NCBI GenBank assembly: GCA_944372115.1
Contig: CALVYH010000002.1
Coordinates: 104,864-168,863, forward strand
DNA: 64,000 nucleotides
Direction: 5' to 3'
Origin: an uncultured Bacilli bacterium
GTDB taxonomy: Bacteria > Bacillota_I > Bacilli_A > RFN20 > CAG-826
A program made the position numbers and the translations under genes. Numbering within the stretch: the stretch's first letter is position 1; the number at the start of each line of letters is the position of its first letter. The notes under the pieces were generated by a model. It was given only the letters and a program-made list of their open reading frames with translations, was not told where the DNA came from and searched no databases. Below, in pieces: positions 10,046 to 21,300 of the stretch.

Positions 10046-10633
10046 ATGGACAATAATGTCTACATCAGATCAAAACTTGGAGATGAATTCGCACAAAAAA
10101 TTTTATTTGATCACTACATTAATATTGCTTTGCCAATAACAAAAAAATACGTGAGATCCTCAGTTAATACTTCTGGTATTCTCTATGAAGATTTAGAAGA
10201 ATTAATAATCGATTCGTTTGAAACAATTATTTATTCTGAAGATATTTTTTATAAAACTGATGATTTCTTTAAATTTATTTATATTCAAAGAATTAAAGAT
10301 TTTTTTAGAAAAAGAATACGCAAAAACGAATCATTACAAAAATTTATTTATGATTCTGGGTATTTATTAAATCAAGAAAACGGTGTTGAAATTGATAGAA
10401 ATTTAAACTATTCAAATGGTCATGAAGTATTAGATAAAATCGTTAGCGATAAAAGATCTGAACTGACCGAAGATGAGAAAATAATTTTAATTTTATATTC
10501 AAATTCTTATACAATCGATGAAATCTCTGAAATTTTAAAAATATGTTATTCATGTGCTTTTAGAAAACTTAAATCTGCTCAAAAAAAGTGTAAAAAGTAT
10601 ATTAAAAATTTTTTACCAGAACTTGTTTATTAA
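10046..10633 (+). CDS. sigH: Sigma-70 family sigma factor, SigH-like
   Basis: 195 aa. A region-4 HTH (SYTIDEISEILKICYSCAFRKL) is present. It occupies the conserved Firmicutes position just upstream of rpmG-secE-nusG. An RBS aggaggg is present. Confidence 0.6.
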   Translation: MDNNVYIRSKLGDEFAQKILFDHYINIALPITKKYVRSSVNTSGILYEDLEELIIDSFETIIYSEDIFYKTDDFFKFIYIQRIKDFFRKRIRKNESLQKFIYDSGYLLNQENGVEIDRNLNYSNGHEVLDKIVSDKRSELTEDEKIILILYSNSYTIDEISEILKICYSCAFRKLKSAQKKCKKYIKNFLPELVY

Positions 10634-10663
10634 TATTTTTAGAATTATTTAAGCAAAAAATGT

Positions 10664-10692
10664 TTGACAACAAAGCCTTGTTTCACTATATT
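10664..10692 (+). promoter_or_regulatory. Sigma-A type promoter for rpmG-secE-nusG
   Basis: TTGACA, a 17-nt spacer, then TATATT. Confidence 0.5.
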
Positions 10693-10726
10693 TTTTATAG
10701 TTTGTGTGTTATAAATAATAATTGAT

Positions 10727-10876
10727 ATGAGAAAGAAAGTTATTTTAATATGCAGCGAATGTCTTGCTAGAAATTATACTACAACAAAAAGAGAAGAGGA
10801 TCGTGATACTCGTATTGAGTTAAAAAAATTCTGTCCTCGTTGTAATAAGTATACAATTCATAAAGAATCTAAATAA
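10727..10876 (+). CDS. rpmG: 50S ribosomal protein L33
   Basis: 49-aa ORF that is not in the track because it is under 60 aa. It reads [49 protein letters not shown], with the L33 zinc-ribbon CxxC...CxxC. Confidence 0.85.
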   Translation: MRKKVILICSECLARNYTTTKREEDRDTRIELKKFCPRCNKYTIHKESK

Positions 10877-10898
10877 GTAAGACGAAGGAAGGAAAAAT

Positions 10899-11096
10899 AT
10901 GAAAAGTGTCTTAAGATATTTTAAAGGCGTAGGTCGAGAAACAAAAAGAATTAAATGGCCAGATAGGGAAACTTTTATCCCATCAATGGTTGTTGTTATT
11001 TGCATTGCAATTTTTGCAGGTATTTTCCTTTCGCTTGAGGATCTTGCAACTGCAACGATTCTTGAACAACTTAGAAATGCTTTTGAAAGTATTTAA
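10899..11096 (+). CDS. secE: Preprotein translocase subunit SecE
   Basis: 65 aa with a single transmembrane helix, located between rpmG and nusG. Confidence 0.85.
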   Translation: MKSVLRYFKGVGRETKRIKWPDRETFIPSMVVVICIAIFAGIFLSLEDLATATILEQLRNAFESI

Positions 11097-11116
11097 TTAA
11101 ATTTTGAGGTTATTTT

Positions 11117-11713
11117 ATGAGTGAAGAAAAAGTATCTGAAAAACAATGGTATGCTGTTACTACTTTTATTGGTCACGAACAAAAAGCAGCAGAAAACATT
11201 AGAACAAGAATTGAAACATATGATTTAAGCAAATATATTTTTAGAGTAATTGTTGCTGAAGAAAAAGTTCCTTCAATTAATAAAAATGGCGATCCTGTTA
11301 TGAGAAGAAATAAAGAAACAGGAGAGATGGAACAAAAATATAAAATCGTTAACCTTTATCCAGGTTATGTCTTCGTTGAAATGATTATGACTGACGATGT
11401 TTGGTATGTTGTCAGAAATACTCCGGAAGTTACTGGTATTACTGGTTCAAGTGGTGGTGGACAAAAACCTACTCCAATTACATCAAGAGAAATTGAAGCT
11501 GTTTTAAAAAGAATGGGTATGGTCGATTTTGCTATGTATGAAAACTACCATGTTGGAGACCTTGTTAAGATTATCCACGGCACTTTCGATGGTGTTGAAG
11601 GAACAATCATCTCAATTGATAAAGAAGGTGGAACTGTTAAAGTTGATGTTATTTTCTTTGGAAGACATACTCCGGTTGACGTTGACTTCTCTGAAATTGT
11701 ACATGTTTCGTAA
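11117..11713 (+). CDS. nusG: Transcription termination/antitermination factor NusG
   Basis: NGN domain (WYAVTTFIGHE) and a C-terminal KOW (GDLVKIIHGTFDGVEGTI) are present. At 198 aa it carries a small insertion. Confidence 0.9.
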   Translation: MSEEKVSEKQWYAVTTFIGHEQKAAENIRTRIETYDLSKYIFRVIVAEEKVPSINKNGDPVMRRNKETGEMEQKYKIVNLYPGYVFVEMIMTDDVWYVVRNTPEVTGITGSSGGGQKPTPITSREIEAVLKRMGMVDFAMYENYHVGDLVKIIHGTFDGVEGTIISIDKEGGTVKVDVIFFGRHTPVDVDFSEIVHVS

Positions 11714-11715
11714 TG

Positions 11716-11744
11716 AAAAACTCCCTTATTTTGGGAGTTTTTTA
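11716..11744 (+). terminator. Rho-independent terminator after nusG
   Basis: Hairpin aaaactccc ttatttt gggagtttt is followed by a T-run. Confidence 0.6.
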
Positions 11745-11763
11745 GATATTTTTAAAAATATAG

Positions 11764-11792
11764 TTGATACAAATTTAGTTTTGAGATAAAAT
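11764..11792 (+). promoter_or_regulatory. Promoter for rplK-rplA, followed by a possible L1-binding leader
   Basis: TTGATA, a 17-nt spacer, then TAAAAT. About 90 nt of leader follows before rplK. Confidence 0.4.
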
Positions 11793-11882
11793 TATAAAGC
11801 ACAATTTTGCGTGCATAATTTTTTGTAGGAGAAGAGCGATACTTCATACTACATATCTATTTGTATAAAGGAGAATTTAACA

Positions 11883-12296
11883 ATGGGTAAAAAAATCGCA
11901 AAGGTTGTTAAAATGGAACTTCCTGGCGGGGATGCAAAACCAGGACCAAAATTAGCATCAGCTGGTGTTGTTATGCCAAAATTCTGTACAGAATTCAATG
12001 CTAAAACAGCCGATAGAAAAGGTGAAGTTGTTCCTGTAATTATTACAGCTTATGAAGACAAAACCTTTGATATGGAAATTAAAACTTCCCCAGTTACTGG
12101 TCTTTTACTTAAGGCTGCAGGAATTTCAAAAGGTAGTGCAAATGCAAAAACCAATATTGTTGGTCAAGTTACAAAAGCACAAATTAAAGAAATTGCTGAA
12201 TACAAGATGCCAGATTTAAACGCAAACGATATCGAAGCAGCTTGTAGAATTGTTGAAGGCAGTGCTCGTAATATGGGCATTAAGGTCGTTGATTAA
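11883..12296 (+). CDS. rplK: 50S ribosomal protein L11
   Basis: 137 aa with a conserved L11 N-terminus. Confidence 0.95.
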   Translation: MGKKIAKVVKMELPGGDAKPGPKLASAGVVMPKFCTEFNAKTADRKGEVVPVIITAYEDKTFDMEIKTSPVTGLLLKAAGISKGSANAKTNIVGQVTKAQIKEIAEYKMPDLNANDIEAACRIVEGSARNMGIKVVD

Positions 12297-12315
12297 TTTT
12301 AAAGGAGAGTAAAAG

Positions 12316-12996
12316 ATGAAACACAGTAAAAAATATCAAGCTGCTTTAAAATTAGTTGATAAAACGAAAACTTATACAGTTAAAGAAGCAGTTGAAGTTA
12401 TTGGAAAAACATCAACAACTAAATTTGATGCATCAGTTGGAATTTCATTTAGTTTAAATATTAATACAAAAGCAGCTGATCAACAAATTAGAGGAACAGT
12501 TATTCTTCCAGCAGGTAGTGGTAAAAATGTTAGAGTTTGTGCTATTACTTCAAAAGTTGATGAAGCAAAAGCTGCTGGCGCTGATTTCGCTGGTGGAAAA
12601 GATTTATTAGAAAAAATTTCTAATGAAAAATGGTTTGACTTTGATGTCATGTGTGCAACTCCTGAAATGATGGGTGAAATTGGTAAATTAGGTCGTATCT
12701 TAGGTCCTAAAGGATTAATGCCAAACCCAAAAACTGGAACAGTTGGACCAGATATCACAAAAATGGTCACCGAACTTAAAGCGGGTAAGGTTGAATATCG
12801 TGCTGATAAAGACGGAAACGTAAACTTAGCAGTTGGTAAATGTTCATTCGAGCCAGCTAAATTAGAAGAAAACGTTAACGCTGTTGTTAACCAAATCTTA
12901 AAAGTTAGACCAGCAAGTGTTAAAGGTGTTTATGTTAAATCATGCCACCTTGCAACAACTATGGGTCCATCAATTAAATTAGCAGTTGGTGATTAA
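12316..12996 (+). CDS. rplA: 50S ribosomal protein L1
   Basis: 226 aa, typical L1. Confidence 0.95.
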   Translation: MKHSKKYQAALKLVDKTKTYTVKEAVEVIGKTSTTKFDASVGISFSLNINTKAADQQIRGTVILPAGSGKNVRVCAITSKVDEAKAAGADFAGGKDLLEKISNEKWFDFDVMCATPEMMGEIGKLGRILGPKGLMPNPKTGTVGPDITKMVTELKAGKVEYRADKDGNVNLAVGKCSFEPAKLEENVNAVVNQILKVRPASVKGVYVKSCHLATTMGPSIKLAVGD

Positions 12997-13126
12997 TTAA
13001 ATTAGTTTTGTAGGATAAATATACCAAAGACAGTAACGGGTTTAGCCTTAATTATGTTACCGAGGTTAAAAATAGATAAATTAAACCTTATTGTATATAT
13101 ATCCTCAATATATAAGGAGGTAAAAG
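12997..13126 (+). promoter_or_regulatory. Probable ribosomal protein L10 leader (autoregulatory rplJ 5' UTR)
   Basis: 130-nt structured leader (ccaaagacagtaacggg...gttaccgagg) lies between rplA and rplJ, where L10 leaders sit in Firmicutes. Confidence 0.35.
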
Positions 13127-13612
13127 ATGAATCAAGACGTCTTAAAGGAAAAAGAAGGTGTCGTTGGTGAAGTTAAAGACCTTGTCAATGAAAATCATAG
13201 TTTCGTTATTTGCGAATACCGTGGATTAACAGTTGCTGAAATCTCTTCTTTAAGAAAAGATTTAGCAAAACTTGATGCAAAAGCTAATGTTTATAAAAAT
13301 TCATTAGTTTCAAGAGCATTAAGAGAAGATTATGATGGAATTGATGAATATTTAGCCGGACCAAACATTTATATTTTCTTAAAAGATCCAACAAACGGTT
13401 CTTTAAAAGCAATTACAAAATTTGCTAAAAGAAACGAAAATCTCGTCATTAAAGGTGGCGTTATCGATGGAAATTTAAAGAATGCTGATTATATTAAAGT
13501 TCTCGCAGCATTACCATCAAAAGAAGGACTTGTTTCTATGTTATTAAGCGTATTACAAGCTCCAATGAGAAACTTAGCTTACAGTTTATCTCAAGTAAGC
13601 GAAAAGAAGTAA
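13127..13612 (+). CDS. rplJ: 50S ribosomal protein L10
   Basis: 161 aa, located between rplA and rplL. Confidence 0.9.
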   Translation: MNQDVLKEKEGVVGEVKDLVNENHSFVICEYRGLTVAEISSLRKDLAKLDAKANVYKNSLVSRALREDYDGIDEYLAGPNIYIFLKDPTNGSLKAITKFAKRNENLVIKGGVIDGNLKNADYIKVLAALPSKEGLVSMLLSVLQAPMRNLAYSLSQVSEKK

Positions 13613-13648
13613 GCATTTGCTATTGAAATTTAGGAGGAAAAAATATTT

Positions 13649-14023
13649 ATGGCAAAATTAACAAATGAAGAAATTATCGCTGCTGTTAAAGAAATGACAG
13701 TTGTTGAATTAAATGATTTAGTAAAAGCAATCGAAGAAGAATTCGGTGTTACAGCTGCTGCTCCAGTTGCTGCTGGTGCTGCTCCAGCTGAAGAAGAAGA
13801 AAAGAAAGGACCAAGTGAAGTTTCTTTAATCTTAAAATCAGTTGGCGGAAGCAAAGTTGCTGTTATTAAAGCAGTTCAAGCTATTACAGGATTAGGCTTA
13901 ATGGATGCTAAAAAATTAGTTGATGCAGCACCAAGCCCAGTCAAAGAACACATTTCACCAGTCGAAGCAGAAGAACACAAGAAAGCTTTAGTTGCTGCTG
14001 GTGCAGAAGTTGAAATTAAATAG
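13649..14023 (+). CDS. rplL: 50S ribosomal protein L7/L12
   Basis: Ala-rich hinge [18 protein letters not shown] is present, with a typical C-terminal domain. Confidence 0.95.
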   Translation: MAKLTNEEIIAAVKEMTVVELNDLVKAIEEEFGVTAAAPVAAGAAPAEEEEKKGPSEVSLILKSVGGSKVAVIKAVQAITGLGLMDAKKLVDAAPSPVKEHISPVEAEEHKKALVAAGAEVEIK

Positions 14024-14044
14024 TTTTAACTTTAATTTAATTAA

Positions 14045-14078
14045 CCTGCTTCTATAAATTTATAGGGGCAGGTTTTTG
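14045..14078 (+). terminator. Terminator/attenuator between rplL and the downstream methyltransferase-rpoB unit
   Basis: Hairpin cctgc...gcagg enclosing the palindrome tataaatttata, followed by ttttt. Confidence 0.45.
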
Positions 14079-14098
14079 CCTATTTAAAGGAATGCAAA

Positions 14099-14692
14099 AT
14101 GAGCCATTATTTTATTGAAGACACAACTCTAGCGAAAAATCCAAAAATCGTGGATTTTATCGTGAAAAATGAAAAAATAATGGTGGTAAGTGATAAAGGG
14201 ACATTCTCTAAATATCGAGTTGATTTAGGAACACGAATTTTTATTAATACTATCATTGCTTTACCGTTAAAAGGCGATATCCTAGATTTGGGATCGGGAA
14301 ATGGGATTATAGGAATTTCTATCAAAAAAATATTTTCCAACGATGTAAATGTATCTTTTTCAGATATAAATCCTTATTGTGTTGAATTAACAAAAAAGAG
14401 TTTAACTTTAAATGATATGTTTGCTGATGTTTATTTATCAAACGGATTAGAAAATATTGATAAAAAATTCAATCATATCTTATTAAACTCCCCTATATCG
14501 GCCGGAAAAGATGTTTGTTTTAAACTTTATAAAGAAGCAAAAGATAAACTCTTTGACAAAGGGTCGCTTCTTATCGTTATAAGAAAAGACAAGGGTGCTT
14601 TATCTCATAAAAAATATTTAGAAACTTTATTTAATAAAGTAGAAATTATTGAAAAAGATAAAGGCTACTATGTCCTTGAATCAAGTAATTAA
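14099..14692 (+). CDS. Class I SAM-dependent rRNA methyltransferase (RsmC/YbxB-like)
   Basis: SAM motif LDLGSGNGIIG and NSPI (an NPPF-like) motif are present. It occupies the same position as B. subtilis ybxB between rplL and rpoB. Confidence 0.7.
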   Translation: MSHYFIEDTTLAKNPKIVDFIVKNEKIMVVSDKGTFSKYRVDLGTRIFINTIIALPLKGDILDLGSGNGIIGISIKKIFSNDVNVSFSDINPYCVELTKKSLTLNDMFADVYLSNGLENIDKKFNHILLNSPISAGKDVCFKLYKEAKDKLFDKGSLLIVIRKDKGALSHKKYLETLFNKVEIIEKDKGYYVLESSN

Positions 14693-14708
14693 TAAAAAGG
14701 AGAAAGTA

Positions 14709-17700
14709 ATGAAATCATATAAAGATTATCCAAAACTTAATAATGATCGTATTAATTTTTCTAAAATCAGTGGTCATTTAGACTTGCCTTATTTGTGTGA
14801 AATTCAAACTGATTCATACAGATCTTTCTTAAAAGATGGTATCGATGAAGTCTTCAGAGACGTATTTCCAATTGTTTCAAACAATGGTTCAATGACACTT
14901 GATTATCGTTCATTCAAGATTGAAGAACCAAAATATTCATATCTAGAATGTAAAGAAAAAGATTTAACATATTGTGCTCCATTAACAGTTAATCTTGCAT
15001 TAATTGATAAAAATAACAATGGACAAATTGTTACTAGTGATGTCTTCATGGGTGATATTCCTCTCATGACAGATAGCGGTACTTTTATTGTAAATGGTGC
15101 CGAAAGAGTTATCGTTTCACAAATTGTTAGATCTCCAGGTGCATATTTATCAAAAACAATGGATACAAAAAACGGTCTTTTTGTATACAATGCTGACCTT
15201 ATTCCTTCAAGAGGTACATGGTTAGAATTTGAAAGTGATACTAAAGGTTTTTTATGGGTAAGAATTGATAGACAAAGAAAAATGCCTGCAACAATTTTAC
15301 TCAAAGCTTTAGGTTTTACTACTCAAGAAGAAGTAGTTAATCTTTTCGGAGAAAGAGAAGTATTAACTAAAACTTGGGATAAAGATCCAATTAAGAGCGA
15401 TGCAGTTGCTAAAATTACTGAAAATACTGCATTAACATTTATTTTTACTAAGTTAAAACCAGGCGAACCATTTAACGATGAAGGAATTGTTAATTTTATG
15501 GTTCAAAAATTCTTTGATGAAAAAAGATATGATTTAGGTAGAGCTGGTAGATTTAAATATAAAAACAAGTTAGGAATCTATAATCGTTTAATTAATAGAA
15601 TCCTTGCTGAAGATTTAATCGATGCTAATGGTGAAGTTAAATATACAAAAGGTACTTTATTAACAAGAGAAATGGTTGAAGATCTCCAAAACGAAGAATT
15701 CTTCGAAAAAGGAGCTCATCAAAAGGTTTTAGCAGTTAATGAAAGACTTGATAAGAATAGCGTTGTCAATATCGTTAAAGTTTACAATAACGATAATAAA
15801 GATTTAGTTTCTAATGTTATTGGAACAGATTTGAATTTAAAAATTTCAAGAGTAACAATTTCTGATATTGTTGCAATTTTCTCATACTTCCTTAATTTAA
15901 TGGATGGATTTGGAAGTGTTGATGATATTGACCATTTATCCAATAGACGTATTAGATGTGTTGGTGAACTTATCCAAACTCAATTCAGAATTGGTTTAAC
16001 AAAAATGGCAAAGAGTGTTACTCAAAAAATGTCTATTACCGCTGGAGATAGTTTAAGAGAAGTTACACCAAAAAGTTTAATTAATATTAGACCATTATCT
16101 AGCGCAATTAGAGAATTCTTTGCTTCTTCACAACTTTCACAATTTATGGACCAAACTAATCCACTTGCTGAACTTGCTAATAAGAGAAGAATTTCTGCTT
16201 TAGGTCCAGGTGGTATTACAAGAGATAGAGCTTCTATGGAAGTCAGAGACGTTCACTTTACTCATTATGGAAGAATCTGTCCTATTGAAACACCTGAAGG
16301 TCAAAACATTGGTTTAATTAATAACCTTGCAACATATGCTAAGGTTGATAAATATGGATTTATTGAAACTCCATATAGAAAGGTTGATAAAGAAACTGGA
16401 AAAATTAGTGAAGAAACTGAATATTTCTCAGCTGCAGATGAAAATAATCACTTTATTGCTCAAGCAACAAGAGATGACATTAAAGATGGATATTTAGTCG
16501 GCGATAAAGTTGTCGCAAGATATAATGGTCAAAATGTTTTAGTCGATAGACATTTAGTTGATTTTATTGATGAATCTCCAATGCAAATTGTCTCTGTCGC
16601 TACGGCATGTATTCCATTCCTTGAAAACGATGATAACCATAGAGCCTTAATGGGTGCTAACATGCAAAGACAAGCATTGCCTCTTTTAAGACCACATGCT
16701 CCATATATTGGAACTGGTTTAGAAAATAAAATTGCCCATGACTGTGGATTAGCTGTTATTGCTGTCGATGATGGTATTGTTACATATAGCGATTCTAAAC
16801 AAATAAGAGTAATGGAAAAAGAAGGTGAAAGAACCTACCATTTACAAAAATTTGAAAGAAGTAACCAAGGAACTTGTACAAATCAAACTTCAATTGTAAA
16901 AGTCGGACAACAAGTTAAAAAAGGCGATATTATTGCTGATGGTCCTTCAATGGAAAATGGCGATTTAGCTTTAGGTCAAAATGTAACTATCGCTTTCATG
17001 ACTTGGGAAGGATATAACTACGAAGATGCTGTCATCATGTCTGATCGTTTAGTTAAAGAAGATGTTTATACTACTATTCATATTGAACAATATGAAGTTG
17101 AATGTCGTGAAACTAAAAATGGTAAAGAATTAATTACAGCAGACGTTCCAAATATTGGCGAAAAAGGAAAAATTAACTTAGACCAAGATGGTATTGTCAT
17201 TGTTGGTACTGATGTTAAAGAAGGCGACATTTTAGTTGGTAAAGTTACTCCAAAAGGACAAAGCGAACCAACTCCTGATCAAAAATTACTTGATGCTATC
17301 TTTGGTGATAAATCAAAAGATGGTAAGGATACATCTTTAAGAGTTCCTCATGGTGGCGCTGGTACAGTTTTAGCTGTTAAAGTATTTTCACGTGAAAACA
17401 AAGATGAACTTTCCCCAGGCGTTTTAAAGAAAATTAGAGTTTATGTCGTTCAAAAGAGAAAGATTTCTGAAGGTGATAAGATGTCAGGAAGACACGGAAA
17501 TAAAGGTGTTATTTCTTGTATCGTACCTCAAGAAGATATGCCATTTATGGAAGATGGTACACCAGTCGATATTTTATTAAATCCTCAAGGTGTCCCTTCA
17601 CGTATGAACATTGGTCAAGTTCTTGAAGTCCATTTAGGTATGGCTTGTAAAAAACTTGGTGGTTTAAAAGTTGCAACTCCTGTTTTTGATGGTATTTCCA

Positions 17701-18317
17701 ATGATGAAATTATGGTCATGATGGAAGAAGCAAAATGTTCAAAAGATGGTAAATATACATTGTATGATGGAAGAACCGGTGAAAAGTTTGATGACAGAAT
17801 TAATGTTGGAGTCATGTATATGATTAAACTTGTTCACATGGTTGATGATAAATTACATGCTCGTGCTACTGGACCTTATTCAATGGTTACACAACAACCT
17901 TTAGGAGGTAAAGCACAAAACGGTGGTCAAAGATTTGGTGAAATGGAAGTTTGGGCACTTGAAGCTTATGGTGCTGCATACACATTACAAGAAATGATGA
18001 CTATTAAATCAGATGATAGAGTCGGTAGAAGAAAGACCTATGAATCTATTATTAAAGGAAGACCACTTCCAACTCCATCAATCCCAGAAGCATTTAAAGT
18101 TTTAACTAAAGAATTACAAGGTTTAGCTTTAAATGTTGAACTTAAAGATAAGAATGGAAAGATCATTGATATGGATCAACTCGCAAGAGAGACTCAAAAA
18201 GAAGAACAACAATCTCTTAGAAGTGTTAAAAACTACGGAGGAGATAATAATGTTCCATTTGATGGCGATGATGATCAAGACTCAATAGATGAAACCATCG
18301 ATGAATTATTAAACTAA
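14709..18317 (+). CDS. rpoB: DNA-directed RNA polymerase beta subunit
   Basis: Rif-cluster SQLSQFMDQTNPLAELANKRRISALGPGG is present. The ATG at 14709 with an RBS aggag was chosen over the track start at 14649. Confidence 0.97.
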   Translation: MKSYKDYPKLNNDRINFSKISGHLDLPYLCEIQTDSYRSFLKDGIDEVFRDVFPIVSNNGSMTLDYRSFKIEEPKYSYLECKEKDLTYCAPLTVNLALIDKNNNGQIVTSDVFMGDIPLMTDSGTFIVNGAERVIVSQIVRSPGAYLSKTMDTKNGLFVYNADLIPSRGTWLEFESDTKGFLWVRIDRQRKMPATILLKALGFTTQEEVVNLFGEREVLTKTWDKDPIKSDAVAKITENTALTFIFTKLKPGEPFNDEGIVNFMVQKFFDEKRYDLGRAGRFKYKNKLGIYNRLINRILAEDLIDANGEVKYTKGTLLTREMVEDLQNEEFFEKGAHQKVLAVNERLDKNSVVNIVKVYNNDNKDLVSNVIGTDLNLKISRVTISDIVAIFSYFLNLMDGFGSVDDIDHLSNRRIRCVGELIQTQFRIGLTKMAKSVTQKMSITAGDSLREVTPKSLINIRPLSSAIREFFASSQLSQFMDQTNPLAELANKRRISALGPGGITRDRASMEVRDVHFTHYGRICPIETPEGQNIGLINNLATYAKVDKYGFIETPYRKVDKETGKISEETEYFSAADENNHFIAQATRDDIKDGYLVGDKVVARYNGQNVLVDRHLVDFIDESPMQIVSVATACIPFLENDDNHRALMGANMQRQALPLLRPHAPYIGTGLENKIAHDCGLAVIAVDDGIVTYSDSKQIRVMEKEGERTYHLQKFERSNQGTCTNQTSIVKVGQQVKKGDIIADGPSMENGDLALGQNVTIAFMTWEGYNYEDAVIMSDRLVKEDVYTTIHIEQYEVECRETKNGKELITADVPNIGEKGKINLDQDGIVIVGTDVKEGDILVGKVTPKGQSEPTPDQKLLDAIFGDKSKDGKDTSLRVPHGGAGTVLAVKVFSRENKDELSPGVLKKIRVYVVQKRKISEGDKMSGRHGNKGVISCIVPQEDMPFMEDGTPVDILLNPQGVPSRMNIGQVLEVHLGMACKKLGGLKVATPVFDGISNDEIMVMMEEAKCSKDGKYTLYDGRTGEKFDDRINVGVMYMIKLVHMVDDKLHARATGPYSMVTQQPLGGKAQNGGQRFGEMEVWALEAYGAAYTLQEMMTIKSDDRVGRRKTYESIIKGRPLPTPSIPEAFKVLTKELQGLALNVELKDKNGKIIDMDQLARETQKEEQQSLRSVKNYGGDNNVPFDGDDDQDSIDETIDELLN

Positions 18318-18332
18318 TAAGGAGGAGAGATT

Positions 18333-21300
18333 ATGTTTGATGTAAATAATTTAGCTTCAATTAAAATCGGACTTGCTTCCCCAGATAAAATTAGACAACT
18401 TTCACACGGTGAAGTTACTAAACCAGAAACAATTAACTATCGTTCACAAAAGCCTGAGATGGATGGCTTATTCTGTGAAAGAATTTTTGGTCCTTCAAAA
18501 GATTTTGAATGTCACTGTGGAAAATATAAAAAGAGCAGATACGCAGGGGTTGTTTGTGAAAAATGTGGCGTTGAAGTTATTTCAAAAGAAGTTAGAAGAG
18601 AAAGAGTCGGTCATATCGAATTAGCTTCTCCTTGTTCTCATATTTGGTATTTAAAAGGTATTCCTTCAAGAATGGCTTTAGTATTAGATATGTCACCAAA
18701 AGATCTTGAAGAAATCGTTTATTATAGTGCACACGTTTGTTTAAATGCAGGAACTTCAAAAACTTTACAATATAAACAATTCTTGGATGATGCAAAAGGT
18801 AGAGAAGCTTTTACAGCAACTATCAAAGAAATTCAAGAAACACTTGAACCTGGCACATATGATTATTCAAAAGCTCAAGATTTACTTGAAGGCTTAGAAA
18901 GATTAAGAGATCCTTTCGATTTCTATTCAAATGCTGAATTCATTTCTGAAAAACTCGGCGTTGAATTTGGTGAAGGCGCTGAGGCTGTTAAACGTTTATT
19001 ACAAGAAGTTAATTTAGAAGAAGAATTTAATAGAGTTAACGAAGAAATTCGTAAAGCTTCAGGACAAAAATTAACAAAATTAACAAAAAGATTAGAAGTT
19101 TTAGATGCATTTATTAAATCTGAAAATAAACCTGAATGGATGGTATTAGATGCTGTCCCAGTTATTCCACCAGATTTAAGACCTATGCTTCAACTTGATG
19201 GTGGCCGTTTTGCTACATCTGATTTAAACGATTTATATAGAAGAATCATTACTCGTAATAATCGTTTAAAGAAATTACAAGATATGAATGCTCCAACTGT
19301 TATTCTTGTTAATGAAAAGAGAATGTTACAAGAAGCAGTTGATGCTTTAATTGATAATGGAAGAAGAAATGGAAAACCTGTTACGGGTCAAAATGGAAGA
19401 CCATATAAATCACTTTCCGGTGCTTTAAAAGGTAAACAAGGTAGATTTAGACAAAATTTACTCGGTAAGAGAGTCGACTATTCAGGCCGTTCCGTTATTG
19501 CAATTGGCCCTAAATTAAAAATGTATCAATGTGGTTTACCACGTGAAATGGCAATTAATCTTTTAAGACCATTTATTGCTGCAATTTTAATTAAAGAAGG
19601 CAAGTGCTCATTACATAGACAAGCAGATCGTAAGATTAACGACAAAGATAACGATGTTTATGATATCGTTGAAAGAATTATTTCTTACCATCCTGTCTTA
19701 TTAAACCGTGCTCCTACCCTTCACCGTTTAGGTATTCAAGCTTTCCAACCAATTTTAGTTGAGGGAAGAGCTATTAGATTACATCCACTCGTTTGTACAG
19801 GATTTAACGCTGACTTCGATGGTGACCAAATGGCTGTTCACGTTCCACTTGGTAAAGCAGCACAAGAAGAAGCTATTGATTTAATGCTTGCTTCAAATAA
19901 TATTCTTGCTCCAAAAGATGGAAAACCAATTGTTACTCCTTCACAAGATATCTTAATCGGTAACTATTATTTAACTATGGAAGCTAACGAGGAAGATTTC
20001 CTTAAGAAAGCAAAAAAATATGAAGATAATGGCGATTTAGATGAGGCAGAAAGATATAGAAGCTTCATTAATATGGAAGGTAAAGTATTTAAAGATATTG
20101 ATGAATGTATTAAATGTTATGAATTAGGAAAAATCCATCTTCATAACAGAATAGCTCTTCCAGCAAAAGCTTTAAGAAAGAAGATTTTTACACCAGAACA
20201 AAATGAATCATATGTCATAACAACTGTTGGTAAAATTATCTTTAACCTTATATTCCCAAGCGATTTCCCTTATATTAATTCAAATGACAAGAGAAATTTA
20301 AAGGAAACTTTACCTGAATTCTTTGTTAAAAAAGGTTCTAATATTAAAGAAGTTATTAAAAATACTCCAACTCGTGAAGCTATCGAGAAAAAATATATTA
20401 CTTCAATTATCGACGAAGTTTATGCAAAATATGGCACAACAAAAACTTCAGCAATCCTTGATAAGATTAAAGACTATGGATATAAATATTCAACAATTTC
20501 AGGCTTAACAGTCGCTATTTCCGATATTTATGTCCTTCCAAATAAGAATGAATTAATCAAGAAAGGTGATGAACAAGTCGAAAAAATTGAAAATCTCTAT
20601 GAAAAAGGATTCTTAACTGATGATGAAAGACATAACTTAGTTGTCGGATTATGGACAAAAATTAACTCAGAAGTCGGAAACGATGTTGAAAAGGTATTAA
20701 AGAGTGATACAAGAAACCCTCTTTATATTATGTGGCATTCTGGAGCTAGAGGTAGTAAATCTAACTATACTCAACTTATGGGTATGAGAGGACTTATGGG
20801 TTCTACTTCTGGTGATACTATTGAAATTCCAGTTAAATCATGTTTTAGAGAAGGATTAAATGTTAGCGAATTCTTTACTGGTACTCATGGTGCTAGAAAA
20901 GGTGGAGCTGATACCGCTTTAAAAACTGCTGACTCTGGTTATTTAACAAGAAGATTAGTCGATGTTTCTCAAGATGTTATCGTTAGAGAAGAAGATTGTC
21001 ATTCTGACCATGGTACGATTGTTAGCGATATCGTAGATACTGCTCAAGGTACAGTTATCGTTAAATTATTTGATAGACTTGTAGGTAGATTTAGCTGTCA
21101 TAATATTTATAATCCAAATACTGGAGAATTAATTATTCCAGCAGATCAATTAATTGAAGAAGATACAGCTCAAAAAATTGTTGATGCTGGCATCACTCAA
21201 GTTGAAATTAGATCATTATTTGGGTGTGAAACAAAAGACGGCGTTTGTGTACACTGCTATGGAAGAAACTTAGCTACAGGTAAACTTGTTGACATTGGTG

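Noticed and set aside
14649-14708. Upstream extension of rpoB (MKKIKATMSLNQVINKKEKV)
   Set aside because: It overlaps the methyltransferase gene and lacks an RBS. The ATG at 14709 has aggag 8 nt upstream and matches the RpoB N-terminus.
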